From NCBI GenBank assembly GCA_040220235.1, contig JAVJTO010000119.1: a stretch of 64,000 nucleotides of DNA; one strand, written 5' to 3'. Positions 30,437 to 39,109 of the stretch are shown here, piece after piece. The stretch's first letter is position 1; each line of letters opens with the position of its first letter. The DNA is from Coleofasciculus sp. B1-GNL1-01 (GTDB lineage Bacteria; Cyanobacteriota; Cyanobacteriia; Cyanobacteriales; Coleofasciculaceae). Below the pieces are notes generated by a model. That model saw only the letters and a list, made by a program, of their open reading frames with translations, made no database searches and was not told where the DNA came from. The translations under genes were made by a program, and so were the position numbers.

Positions 30437-33025
30437 ATGAGTCGAGTGGTATGTTTAACCCTTGATGGTGATGTTGACAGGGGAATTCGAGTCATCCTGG
30501 AATGGGGGGAGAAAGGTTACTCTTACCAAGGGAGAATTAGCGGACGTTTACCGGCTAACCCTGAGATTACCCAACTCTATCAACATTGGCAGATCAATTA
30601 TCGCCAACTTGAGGAAATTTACCGCAGTCCCCGCTTAGAAGAACTCCCTGATTACAATACCTCTAGAGAGGACTGTCAACAAGTCGCGGATCAGTTGAAA
30701 GAGAAGATCAACCAATGGCTCAACGCGACATCCAATGAATTTCATCGCATCCGGGAGAATTTAGCCGTTCAGTTAAATAACTATAAAGACAATGACATTC
30801 GAGTCTTGATTCAGACTGACAACCCTCAGCTTCAGCAATTACCTTGGCATCTCTGGGATTTTTGGGAACGTCACGGTTCGGTTGAAATTATCTTAAGTAC
30901 GTTTGAGTATCAGGCAATTCGACAAAAACAACTAAAAAACCAAATCAGACTCTTAGCTATTTTCGGCAAAAATGATGGAATCGATATCATCTTTGACGAA
31001 CAAGTTTTAAAGAAAACACCGGGGATAGATTCCTGCTTGCTTCAGAAACCGACACGAGATCAGTTAGAAAATAGGCTTCACGATGAACAAGGGTGGGATA
31101 TCTTCTTCTTTGCGGGTCATAGTTCTACCGAAGAGGATGGTAGCACAGGTAGACTTTATCTGAATGAAACGGAAAGTCTGACCGTTGATGAGTTACAAAA
31201 CGCTCTATCAACTGCCATAAAAAAACGTTTGAGTTTAGCTATTTTTAATAGCTGTGACGGATTGGGGTTAGCTAAGGTGTTAGCTGACTTAAAGATTCCC
31301 CAAGTCATTGTGATGAGAGAACCCGTACCCGATGAAGTCGCCCATAAATTCCTGACCTTTTTTATCGAGAACTTTTCCCAGGGTGTCTCCCTTCAGAATG
31401 CAGTTAGTATCGCTAGAAAAAGACTGGAATCGATAGAGGATCGACTGCCTTACGCGACCTGGTTACCTGTGATGTATCAACATCCAACTGCCGCTTCTTT
31501 TACCTGGACTCCACCAAGGAATAAGTGGCAAAGGCTTGGTTTAAGATTTGGCTTGGGATTAGCCGTCGTTTTATCTACACTGATGAGCTTTGATAAACTT
31601 GCCATAGAACCGGGGAAAACTTGTCCTCCCCATCAGGGGGACTCGATAAGTTGTGGAGAAGAAATTCTGCTGCAACGTTTACCCCCACGGTTAAAGGAAA
31701 GGGGGGTCAAATTATTAGCGGAATCGAAGTATACAGAAGCGATTGAGTTGCTTGAGAAATCATGGCAGAAAGAGAACAGAGACCCGGAAACATTAATTTA
31801 CTTAAACAATGCGCTGCTGCAAGCCCAAGGCGCAAAATTCTACACCATTGCTGCTGTCGTTCCCGTGATTCAAAGGCAGAATGAATCTACATCCGTAACC
31901 GATTCAGAATTAGCTCAAGAAATTTTGAGGGGCGTTGCCCAATTACAAACGGAAGTCAATTTGGGTCTCTTTGAGGGTAAGGAAAAACTCGTTGAGAACT
32001 TTCCCGGCTATAAGTTTCTGCCCAAGCAAGCGATTAAGAATCAGATAGGTCTGAGAGTTGTCATAACTGATGATAGTAATGATACAGAAGCCGCCAAGCA
32101 AAGGGCAGAGGCACTGGTGAAACAGCAAGAGATTCTGGGTGTTGTCGGACACTACACTAGCGAGTCAACGGTAGCCGCGATTGATGTTTACCAAGAAAAC
32201 AAATTGGTCGTGATATCTCCGGGTACGACTACTGAAGAACTGACAGAAGAGCCGAAAGATGTTTTTTTTCGGACTGTTCATAGTAATCGAGTGGAGGCAA
32301 AGTATTTAGCCGATTACCTACGTAACGAAGCGGGTCAAAAACAAGCGGTTGTCTTTTACAATCCCAATAGCCCCTTCACCAGCTCGCTGCGACAGGAGTT
32401 TGAAACTCGGTTCAAAGAAAAGGGCGGAACGGTTGTTAACGTAAAAGAGTTTAATTTGTCGAAGAAGAATTTCAATGTCGAAAAAGCTATTACTGAAGTC
32501 AACCAACAAGCTGGGGAAACAGCGCTGGTTTTACTTCCAGATGGTCAAGTGACGGATTCTCTTTTCCATGCCATTGATTTGGTCAAGGTTAATAATGGTG
32601 ATAATTGGATAGTAGGAAGCTGGTCTCTCTACGGTCCGAAGAGTCTCGCCATTGCCGATTTAAAACCCTTTGACAAGTTCGTTTTATTTTCGCCTTGGCT
32701 GGGCTTGAGTAGTCCCAATCAAGAATTCATTCAAAACGCTCGTGACTTGTGGGGAGGAGAGGTTAGTGCGAGAACGGCTCTCACCTATGATGCGGCTCGT
32801 GCCCACAGGCAAGCTTTAGCCATGCAAGATAAACCTACACGCATAGGCATGAAAGAAACATTAATGGCTTCTAACTTTAGTGCTGAAGGAGCAACCGGAA
32901 CCATTAAGTTTGAACCGAATGGTAATCGCTGGAATCCGCCAGGATTATTAGTACAGGTTGTACCCTGTAGTAACCGACATTACGGTTTAGCATTTGTTCC
33001 GATTGAGTCTCCCTATTGTCGGTAA
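30437..33025 (+). CDS. CHAT domain protein with transmembrane helix and periplasmic branched-chain amino-acid-binding (Peripla_BP_6-like) domain
   Basis: CHAT His FFAGHS and Cys FNSCDG; transmembrane FGLGLAVVLSTL; binding-domain motifs LGVVGHYTS and YDAA. Confidence 0.85.
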   Translation: MSRVVCLTLDGDVDRGIRVILEWGEKGYSYQGRISGRLPANPEITQLYQHWQINYRQLEEIYRSPRLEELPDYNTSREDCQQVADQLKEKINQWLNATSNEFHRIRENLAVQLNNYKDNDIRVLIQTDNPQLQQLPWHLWDFWERHGSVEIILSTFEYQAIRQKQLKNQIRLLAIFGKNDGIDIIFDEQVLKKTPGIDSCLLQKPTRDQLENRLHDEQGWDIFFFAGHSSTEEDGSTGRLYLNETESLTVDELQNALSTAIKKRLSLAIFNSCDGLGLAKVLADLKIPQVIVMREPVPDEVAHKFLTFFIENFSQGVSLQNAVSIARKRLESIEDRLPYATWLPVMYQHPTAASFTWTPPRNKWQRLGLRFGLGLAVVLSTLMSFDKLAIEPGKTCPPHQGDSISCGEEILLQRLPPRLKERGVKLLAESKYTEAIELLEKSWQKENRDPETLIYLNNALLQAQGAKFYTIAAVVPVIQRQNESTSVTDSELAQEILRGVAQLQTEVNLGLFEGKEKLVENFPGYKFLPKQAIKNQIGLRVVITDDSNDTEAAKQRAEALVKQQEILGVVGHYTSESTVAAIDVYQENKLVVISPGTTTEELTEEPKDVFFRTVHSNRVEAKYLADYLRNEAGQKQAVVFYNPNSPFTSSLRQEFETRFKEKGGTVVNVKEFNLSKKNFNVEKAITEVNQQAGETALVLLPDGQVTDSLFHAIDLVKVNNGDNWIVGSWSLYGPKSLAIADLKPFDKFVLFSPWLGLSSPNQEFIQNARDLWGGEVSARTALTYDAARAHRQALAMQDKPTRIGMKETLMASNFSAEGATGTIKFEPNGNRWNPPGLLVQVVPCSNRHYGLAFVPIESPYCR

Positions 33026-33060
33026 CCCGATTAGTTAGAGCGCCTCTAAAATAGCCAATC

Positions 33061-33166
33061 ATATCATGTCCTAACGATTACCCATAATTAGGACAGACGC
33101 TCCAGACGCTCCAGACACGGAGACGCGGAGAAATTTTTATTAGGGGTGTTTGACCGGACATGATAT
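33061..33166. mobile_element. MITE
   Basis: Terminal inverted repeats ATATCATGTCC ... GGACATGATAT with internal AGACGC-type repeats. Confidence 0.75.
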
Positions 33167-33217
33167 CAGTAGAGACGTTCCGGCGGAACGTCTGAGATCA
33201 GGGAAATTCCGTTGTCG

Positions 33218-33418
33218 TTAATCCCGCCTTAAATCTCCCCGATCATCACTGGGATCATTGGGCATTTGCGGTGTTACGGCTGGATTGTCTACAGTTTCCT
33301 CAGGATTGCGATCGGCAATATAACCGGGTTTCATGGCTAAATCCTTTGGGTCAACCGTTGGAGTTTGCTCTGAAGCCTTTTCCTGTTCCGGTGATGTGTT
33401 ATTTGGGTCTGAACTCAT
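33218..33418 (-). CDS. Small hypothetical protein
   Basis: 66-aa hydrophilic ORF with ATG start in an intergenic space. Confidence 0.5.
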   Translation of the reverse strand: MSSDPNNTSPEQEKASEQTPTVDPKDLAMKPGYIADRNPEETVDNPAVTPQMPNDPSDDRGDLRRD

Positions 33419-33631
33419 TACAGCCTAATCGTTTCAACAGCTTTACCTTAACCCCTTCATCGGCAAAGCTGTACTATCGCAAGGCAGAAATTCTACCTTT
33501 TTGCACTAGAAACCGGATTTCTCGTGAGGATAACAACTCCATATCAACCTTTCCCCCCCAGAAACCGGGTTTCTCTTGACCGATGTCCTACATTCTCACC
33601 ACGTCAAAGTGCAAAGAGCATAACACAGGTG

Positions 33632-34285
33632 TCAGAATAGACTCCAACTCTGATTACCGCCCATGTAGTTGAAGAGAATAAAAGGAAACCCCACAAGATA
33701 GTGGGCAACTACAGGACCAGAAATACTTCTGAACTTCCAGTAATTTTTCCCCCATAGCCAGCCCAACAGCCAGGTTCCAGCCACGATTAGAACACTACGA
33801 AAGTAAATGTGGGAGAAAGCAAAAAGACTGGCAGAGCAGAGTATCACAGCTCTCTCATGAGAGCCAATTATTTTTTCTAACATCAGGAAAGCGAATCCTC
33901 TCCATACCAGCTCTTGAAATACCGACATACCCAAATACCAGCCATAGTAACTGAACTCTAGATACAGAGAACGAGGATAACCTAAAAACCAAGGGAGCAA
34001 AGCCAAAAAGATACAACCTAACAAAAGTACGGACAAAGTAGAGGGTAGTATCTCGCGTACTGATGAAAGCTCTAGCGAAAGCCCTAGTTTATGTGGAGCA
34101 ACTCTGTTGATAGACACATAGATCATCATGACGACTGTTGGAAAGCCGCCTAGGGTGAGAAAGAAAAACTGTCTGGTCAAAAAATCTGAATAGAGCAGCA
34201 GAGAGGGCACGACAAAAGCAATGAATAATAGCCAGATTTCTGGTTTCAATACTTTTATTTGTTGTAGCCATCTGAGTTTAAACAC
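33632..34285 (-). CDS. CPBP (CAAX/Abi) intramembrane metalloprotease
   Basis: [12 protein letters not shown] and VVAHY motifs; GTG start inferred with AAGGGG upstream. Confidence 0.75.
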   Translation of the reverse strand: MFKLRWLQQIKVLKPEIWLLFIAFVVPSLLLYSDFLTRQFFFLTLGGFPTVVMMIYVSINRVAPHKLGLSLELSSVREILPSTLSVLLLGCIFLALLPWFLGYPRSLYLEFSYYGWYLGMSVFQELVWRGFAFLMLEKIIGSHERAVILCSASLFAFSHIYFRSVLIVAGTWLLGWLWGKNYWKFRSISGPVVAHYLVGFPFILFNYMGGNQSWSLF

Positions 34286-34296
34286 AATTAATCCCC

Positions 34297-34425
34297 TTAG
34301 AACAGGAAATTCGCGATCGCAAAAAAGCCGAAGCTGAACTGGAAAAGGCAAAAGACGTTGCCGAAGCTGCCAACCGCGCTAAAAGCACCTTCCTTGCCAA
34401 CATGAGTCATGTATTGCGATCGCCC
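34297..34425 (+). pseudogene. Hybrid histidine kinase H-box fragment
   Basis: Translates [43 protein letters not shown]. Confidence 0.8.
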
Positions 34426-35037
34426 TCACTCTCCCTCCAAGATTCCCAGCAGGATTCTGACTAAGCTATCCAAGTCATCCGGTACTTTAAACAAATTGAT
34501 ATCTTGAGTAATTTGTTGTTGACGGCGTTCCAGTTTACCAAACCGCCAAACATCACCCATTGTCACCGCCCCATAAAACACATTTTGTTCCTCAATATGG
34601 GATAGAGCAATTAACTCAACAGCTAACTGAGTAAATCCTCTAGTCAGGTCATCATTTTTGGCTTCAACAACGACCAAGTTATTCCTTGAACGCAATAGAT
34701 AATCAAGATTGCCCTTGAGCCAGTTGTTGACGGTTAAAGGATATTCAATTCGCATTTGGCATTGGCAATAACAAATCACCTCCAACATAATTGGAGATAC
34801 TAATGTTTCTCTTCGGGCTGTTTCATTACTAAGACTGATAAAAGGCAAGACAGTTCTTATTTTTTGCTTGAGTTCTGGCAGTCGGTCTAGCTGCTTAGTC
34901 GTTTTAGGTAGAGATAACTCGGCTCTTGCGAGTGAGTAGTCGAACTCAGCTAAAATATCATCCGCTTCATAGGGTAACTCGAAGTAAGACCGAAAAGTGT
35001 AGGACTGACCCTCTTGCAGGATTTTGATTTTCGCCAT
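34426..35037 (-). CDS. Conserved cyanobacterial PD-(D/E)xK-fold hypothetical protein
   Basis: NETARRE, GNLDYLL...VVEAK and [12 protein letters not shown]. Confidence 0.75.
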   Translation of the reverse strand: MAKIKILQEGQSYTFRSYFELPYEADDILAEFDYSLARAELSLPKTTKQLDRLPELKQKIRTVLPFISLSNETARRETLVSPIMLEVICYCQCQMRIEYPLTVNNWLKGNLDYLLRSRNNLVVVEAKNDDLTRGFTQLAVELIALSHIEEQNVFYGAVTMGDVWRFGKLERRQQQITQDINLFKVPDDLDSLVRILLGILEGE

Positions 35038-35145
35038 AGCGCGTTCACCTTCTCCACAATTTCCATCATGACTTTTAACGGGACTTATAGTAGGGACACG
35101 ATCTGTCGTATCCCTACCGATCGCACATTTTGAATAGATGGATGC

Positions 35146-35511
35146 CTAACGCGCCGCTTTAGCTCTAGATGTCTCCGGCGGCATACTCTCCAGACTGAGG
35201 GGTACCATATCGCCGTTAAACGTCAGTCCTAATAACATCGGTTCCTGGGGTTGAATAAACTTGCCCGTGAGGACACACCGTTCTTCTTGCTGCGCGGTAG
35301 CCCGAATGCTGGCTCTGATATCGTAGACGGAAAAGTTGGGTCGATAATCGCCTGACTTATGCTGGACATAGTTCCAGAGGATATCTCGAATCAGGGCTTG
35401 ATAGCCTTGGTTGCCTGACAGATCCTTGAGCTTCTCCTTTAACTCTCTCTCCAAGCGGATACTGGTGACTTCCATGTCAGTGGTTGAAGTCTTAGGCGCA
35501 GTACGTATCAT
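35146..35511 (-). CDS. trcR: Ribbon-helix-helix translational-stress repressor TrcR (All0854-like)
   Basis: RHH motif VTSIRLERELKEKLK..QGYQALIRDILW; divergent from HNH and alr0857-like genes; operator match directly upstream. Confidence 0.8.
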   Translation of the reverse strand: MIRTAPKTSTTDMEVTSIRLERELKEKLKDLSGNQGYQALIRDILWNYVQHKSGDYRPNFSVYDIRASIRATAQQEERCVLTGKFIQPQEPMLLGLTFNGDMVPLSLESMPPETSRAKAAR

Positions 35512-35541
35512 GTTTTTTTCCTCAACAATGTGGACAGGTTC

Positions 35542-35559
35542 GTAATACAAGTGTAGTAT
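35542..35559 (-). promoter_or_regulatory. TrcR operator ATACTACACTTGTATTAC
   Basis: Imperfect palindrome matching the TrcR box as I recall it from Anabaena PCC 7120; lies between the divergent genes. Confidence 0.75.
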
Positions 35560-35591
35560 TTAAAAAGCAGTATTGAAACAAATTACCTCCT

Positions 35592-35828
35592 GTGAGCCTT
35601 CATCTATCCTTCTCCACCCCTTGCCCTGATACCAGTCGCCTCGGCGATTGGCGCTCAGCGGGTTTGTCGGTGGAGTTTTTTATTGGGGATGGATATCGCT
35701 GGATAGAACAGGGTACAGCCCAAATCGGAACCCTCTTTAATTCTGAGGCTGAGCATTTAACAACCATCAATCCAAAACCGGATTACAACAGCGGGAGGTA
35801 CAGGCGCATCCAAGCCGTACCGATATAG
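35592..35828 (+). CDS. Small leader ORF (asr0855-like position)
   Basis: 78-aa ORF between the operator and the HNH gene, followed by a hairpin. Confidence 0.5.
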   Translation: MSLHLSFSTPCPDTSRLGDWRSAGLSVEFFIGDGYRWIEQGTAQIGTLFNSEAEHLTTINPKPDYNSGRYRRIQAVPI

Positions 35829-35857
35829 GACAAGAAAACCATACCGTTTTTCAAATC

Positions 35858-35892
35858 CCCCGCTCTGACTCAAACAGCAGCGGGGTTTCTTA
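35858..35892 (+). terminator. Hairpin/terminator-like structure inside operon leader
   Basis: CCCCGCT CTG...CAG C AGCGGGG followed by TTTCTT. Confidence 0.55.
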
Positions 35893-35910
35893 TACCAAGG
35901 AGTAAAAAGC

Positions 35911-36429
35911 GTGACGAGTGTAACTGACGGATTAAGGCGTTCAGTGGTGGTGTTCTCCAAGAACTACCTACCCCTCAGTCGAGTCAATATGAAGCGGGCG
36001 GTGACGCTTTTGATTACGGGCAAAGCCGAACCGCTAGATTGGTTGAGTGGTCAAGGATATCCGGTGCATTCACCCAGCTTAGTCTTGCTGGTTCCCGAAC
36101 AGATTCGCTTGACCAAAGCCAATTGCGATCGCGTCTGGAAAGTCCCGCCCGTAAATCGCCGGGAAGTCTTACGTCGGGATAAGCATCGTTGCCAATACTG
36201 TGGTAGCCCAAAACGGCTCACCCTCGACCATGTTATCCCCCGCTCTAAGGGCGGAAACCATCGTTGGGACAATGTAGTTACTGCCTGCCAATCGTGCAAT
36301 AGTCAAAAAGGCGATCGCACGCCTGAGCAAGCGGGAATGACTCTACTCACCCAGCCCAAAGCGCCTATGCATCCCACTGTGGCATTTGCCGAACAGTTCT
36401 GGCGCGAACAGCACGTCCACCTGGAATAA
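35911..36429 (+). CDS. HNH endonuclease (McrA-like)
   Basis: RRDKHRCQYCG, TLDHVIPRSKGG and NVVTACQSCNSQKG. Confidence 0.93.
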   Translation: MTSVTDGLRRSVVVFSKNYLPLSRVNMKRAVTLLITGKAEPLDWLSGQGYPVHSPSLVLLVPEQIRLTKANCDRVWKVPPVNRREVLRRDKHRCQYCGSPKRLTLDHVIPRSKGGNHRWDNVVTACQSCNSQKGDRTPEQAGMTLLTQPKAPMHPTVAFAEQFWREQHVHLE

Positions 36430-36445
36430 TAGGAGATATCAGGTC

Positions 36446-36835
36446 ATGCTGAAACTTACTTATACTGAAAATAGCTTTTACCTCGAGCGTCTAGCGGGGT
36501 CTCTAGAGGAATGGGTGACTGCCCGAGTCATGTTGGCTCTACGAGCCGCGTCCAGTCTCTGGGTCGAATCTAGCACCGCCTCGTTTTTACTGCCTGTTGA
36601 TATGCCTCACTTGGCTGACTTGGAAAAGGCGGTTCGGCAACAACTAATCGATGAGATTTCTCTGTCGATTTGCGATGCTGATTATATCGAAGTCACCCTG
36701 AAAGGTACTTGGATGACTTCTAATCCCCAGGGTGAAGAGGGTGTCTTTGTCGTCAAGTTAAGCGATCGCACCGAGTTTTTTCTCTGCAAGCTATGGCAGG
36801 AGTCGCAAACTTATGCCTCTGTTACCAATGAATAA
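36446..36835 (+). CDS. alr0857 family protein
   Basis: MLKLTYTENSFYLE start after AGGAG; follows the HNH gene as in the Anabaena locus. Confidence 0.75.
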   Translation: MLKLTYTENSFYLERLAGSLEEWVTARVMLALRAASSLWVESSTASFLLPVDMPHLADLEKAVRQQLIDEISLSICDADYIEVTLKGTWMTSNPQGEEGVFVVKLSDRTEFFLCKLWQESQTYASVTNE

Positions 36836-36841
36836 GCGAGG

Positions 36842-36866
36842 GCGCACTACTGACAGTGCGCCTTTT
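36842..36866 (+). terminator. Intrinsic terminator
   Basis: GGCGCACT-loop-AGTGCGCC followed by TTTT. Confidence 0.7.
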
Positions 36867-36924
36867 CTGTATCCGTCTTTTTCGGCTAAAGTGAGGCTGA
36901 TAACCTTGCCAAATAAATAGAGCC

Positions 36925-37767
36925 ATGAATACCAAGGTACTACTCCCATTCTTAATCACCACCTTGCTGGTGAGTGGATCAGCAACACCGAGAATCGGGC
37001 GGGCTGAACCCCTGATTCAAGTCGCCCAATCCATTTGGAAACCCTTCTCCTCAGCCGAAGGCAATTTCACTGTCTTAATGCCCGGTACACCTCGCCAAGA
37101 ACAGGACACAATTAACACTGAATTAGCTCCACTCAACTTGAAGTCATTTACCGTTGAACGTCCTAACGAAGCAAACTACTTGGTAGCTTACTTTGATTTA
37201 CCGGGGGATTTTAGCACTATGATCCAAACTTCGGGTCAAATCAATGAGTTTTTAACCGGAGTGGTGCTGGGATTATCCGAAAGTATGGCTGGGCAACTCT
37301 TAAATCAGCAAACGATTAATTTAAATAATTATTCTGGCAAAGCATTTAGAATGCAGCACCCGGAAGGTGTTAGTGGTAGATATCGGCTTTATTTAGTCAA
37401 TCAGCGGGTCTATTTATTAGGAGTCGCTACGTCCAAAGAAAACTATTTGCAAAAAAGTATTCAGGGCTTTTTTAATTCCTTCCGACTGGCGGGAGGAGGT
37501 ACCGGAACAGTTACTCCGGAAGGTGCTACTGGAACAGTTAGTTCCCCTCCAGCTAACCTCAATGCCCAATTGCGACAAGCTGTTTGTACTCAAAACTGGT
37601 CACAAGCGATTAATGTGATCAATCGGATGATCGGTCAGATTGACTCCCAAGAGGTTCGGCAACAATTAGTTGATTATAAACAAAAATTGCAAGGATTTGC
37701 CAGTTCCGATTCAGTGGTTCCCGCTAGTGAGTTACCCGATTGTTCGCCGGGAAATGGGGGTAATTAG
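36925..37767 (+). CDS. Secreted hypothetical protein
   Basis: Signal peptide; WKPFSSAEGNFTVLMPGTP...FFNSFRL domain common in cyanobacterial proteins. Confidence 0.75.
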   Translation: MNTKVLLPFLITTLLVSGSATPRIGRAEPLIQVAQSIWKPFSSAEGNFTVLMPGTPRQEQDTINTELAPLNLKSFTVERPNEANYLVAYFDLPGDFSTMIQTSGQINEFLTGVVLGLSESMAGQLLNQQTINLNNYSGKAFRMQHPEGVSGRYRLYLVNQRVYLLGVATSKENYLQKSIQGFFNSFRLAGGGTGTVTPEGATGTVSSPPANLNAQLRQAVCTQNWSQAINVINRMIGQIDSQEVRQQLVDYKQKLQGFASSDSVVPASELPDCSPGNGGN

Positions 37768-37860
37768 GGGTTGCTGAATAAGTTTTGTGGTGGGTTAGAG
37801 AGCAGGGGAAGCAGAGGGAGCAGGGGGAGCAATGTAGAGACGCGCCATGGCGCGTCTGGG
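37767..37860 (+). repeat. Partial GGGG(T/C)TGCTGAATAAG MITE with GCAGGGG repeats and a REP palindrome
   Basis: Matches the left end of 56790; contains GTAGAGACGCGCCATGGCGCGTCT. Confidence 0.65.
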
Positions 37861-37898
37861 AGCAAATAACAGAATGAACAATCAACGATCAACAAAAT

Positions 37899-38393
37899 TT
37901 ACTCCAGGTTCAACTGATTGATCACTTCTTGAACAATTACCTCTGGAGATTGGGAAGCGTCAATGTGGATGGCTTCAGCGGGAGTCGGTTCTTCTAAGGT
38001 TTCAAACTGACTTTGTAGCAGGCTTTCTTTCATAAAGTGGTTTTGCCGATGTTTAAGCCGTTTATAAATGAGTTCAAAGCTACCTTGTAGGTAAATAAAC
38101 TGGACTTGTGAATCTTGAATCTGTAAAACTTGACGATAACTTGACTTGAGCGCTGAACAGGCTAATACTGTATTTTTACCTGCCATTATCCACCGATCAA
38201 TGGCTGATCGCATCACCTCTAACCAGGGTTGTCTGTCTTGATCGTTGAGGGGTATTGCCTGTTTCATTTTCTCTTTGGCGACTTGAGTATGAAAGTCATC
38301 AGCATCCCGAAATTGCCATTCTAAGCGTTGAGCTAAGGCTTGACCTACCCTAGATTTGCCAGAGCCAGAAACTCCCATTACAATTATAATCAT
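37899..38393 (-). CDS. gntK: Gluconokinase
   Basis: MGVSGSGKS, DADDFH, LACSALK and HFMKESLLQSQFETLEEP. Confidence 0.93.
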   Translation of the reverse strand: MIIIVMGVSGSGKSRVGQALAQRLEWQFRDADDFHTQVAKEKMKQAIPLNDQDRQPWLEVMRSAIDRWIMAGKNTVLACSALKSSYRQVLQIQDSQVQFIYLQGSFELIYKRLKHRQNHFMKESLLQSQFETLEEPTPAEAIHIDASQSPEVIVQEVINQLNLE

Positions 38394-38447
38394 TTCTCAG
38401 TTCATTGACGGGCTGCGGACGTTTTAAATTCGCGTCTATTCTGAATA

Positions 38448-38565
38448 AGCTGTCATGCATTTACATAGGGTATTAGTAGCAAGGAAGATGCAAAGCCTGC
38501 GGCATGGCTTCGCTAAACGCACTACAATATTTTCGTCATTACTGACATTTAAATGCTGAACAGCT
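38448..38565. mobile_element. TA-flanked MITE
   Basis: TA|AGCTGTCATGCATTTA ... TAAATGCTGAACAGCT|TA imperfect terminal inverted repeats. Confidence 0.65.
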
Positions 38566-38717
38566 TAATTGATAATAATTATAAACATTATGGGAAAGGG
38601 CGCATCGCGATGCGCCCCTACTGGGTTGGATATCCAGTCTTTCCCGTTCCCTGATTTCAATCACCAGAATAGCACCCTGAATCGTGGTGATTTTCCTAAC
38701 GTGCTGAAGTCGCATAG

Positions 38718-39008
38718 TTAACCCCAAGGATCATGTTCTTCGCCAATCATCCGATTCGCGATCGCTCTCCATACATACGCCAAACCTGTTCTGGATAATA
38801 GGTTAGTCTGAGCGATGATATAGTCAGCCAGATGACTGGTGGCGGATATGACAATTAACCCCGATTCTTGACCCAGTAACCGTTCTACCAGTTCCGCTTT
38901 TTCCTCTGTTGATAGGGTATTCGCTGCTTGCCAAACGGTATCTACAGGACTAGACTGATTGTTCATTGGTATTATGTCGCGTTCATACATCGTTTTACTG
39001 TTCCTCAT
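38718..39008 (-). CDS. Small hypothetical protein
   Basis: 96-aa helical ORF; start uncertain. Confidence 0.55.
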   Translation of the reverse strand: MRNSKTMYERDIIPMNNQSSPVDTVWQAANTLSTEEKAELVERLLGQESGLIVISATSHLADYIIAQTNLLSRTGLAYVWRAIANRMIGEEHDPWG

Positions 39009-39109
39009 ACAACTAGGAAGATTATAGGAATCATACCAGTTCTGATGAAACCGTGGATCTACGTAAAAATGAAAGTTATCGGTGAGAGCATACTGTATAA
39101 ATTACGGAA

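Noticed and set aside
35911..36429. HNH gene as the nuclease partner of the omegaRNA
   Set aside because: It has no PLMP/RRXRR or RuvC segments and is a stand-alone HNH in the trcR neighbourhood.
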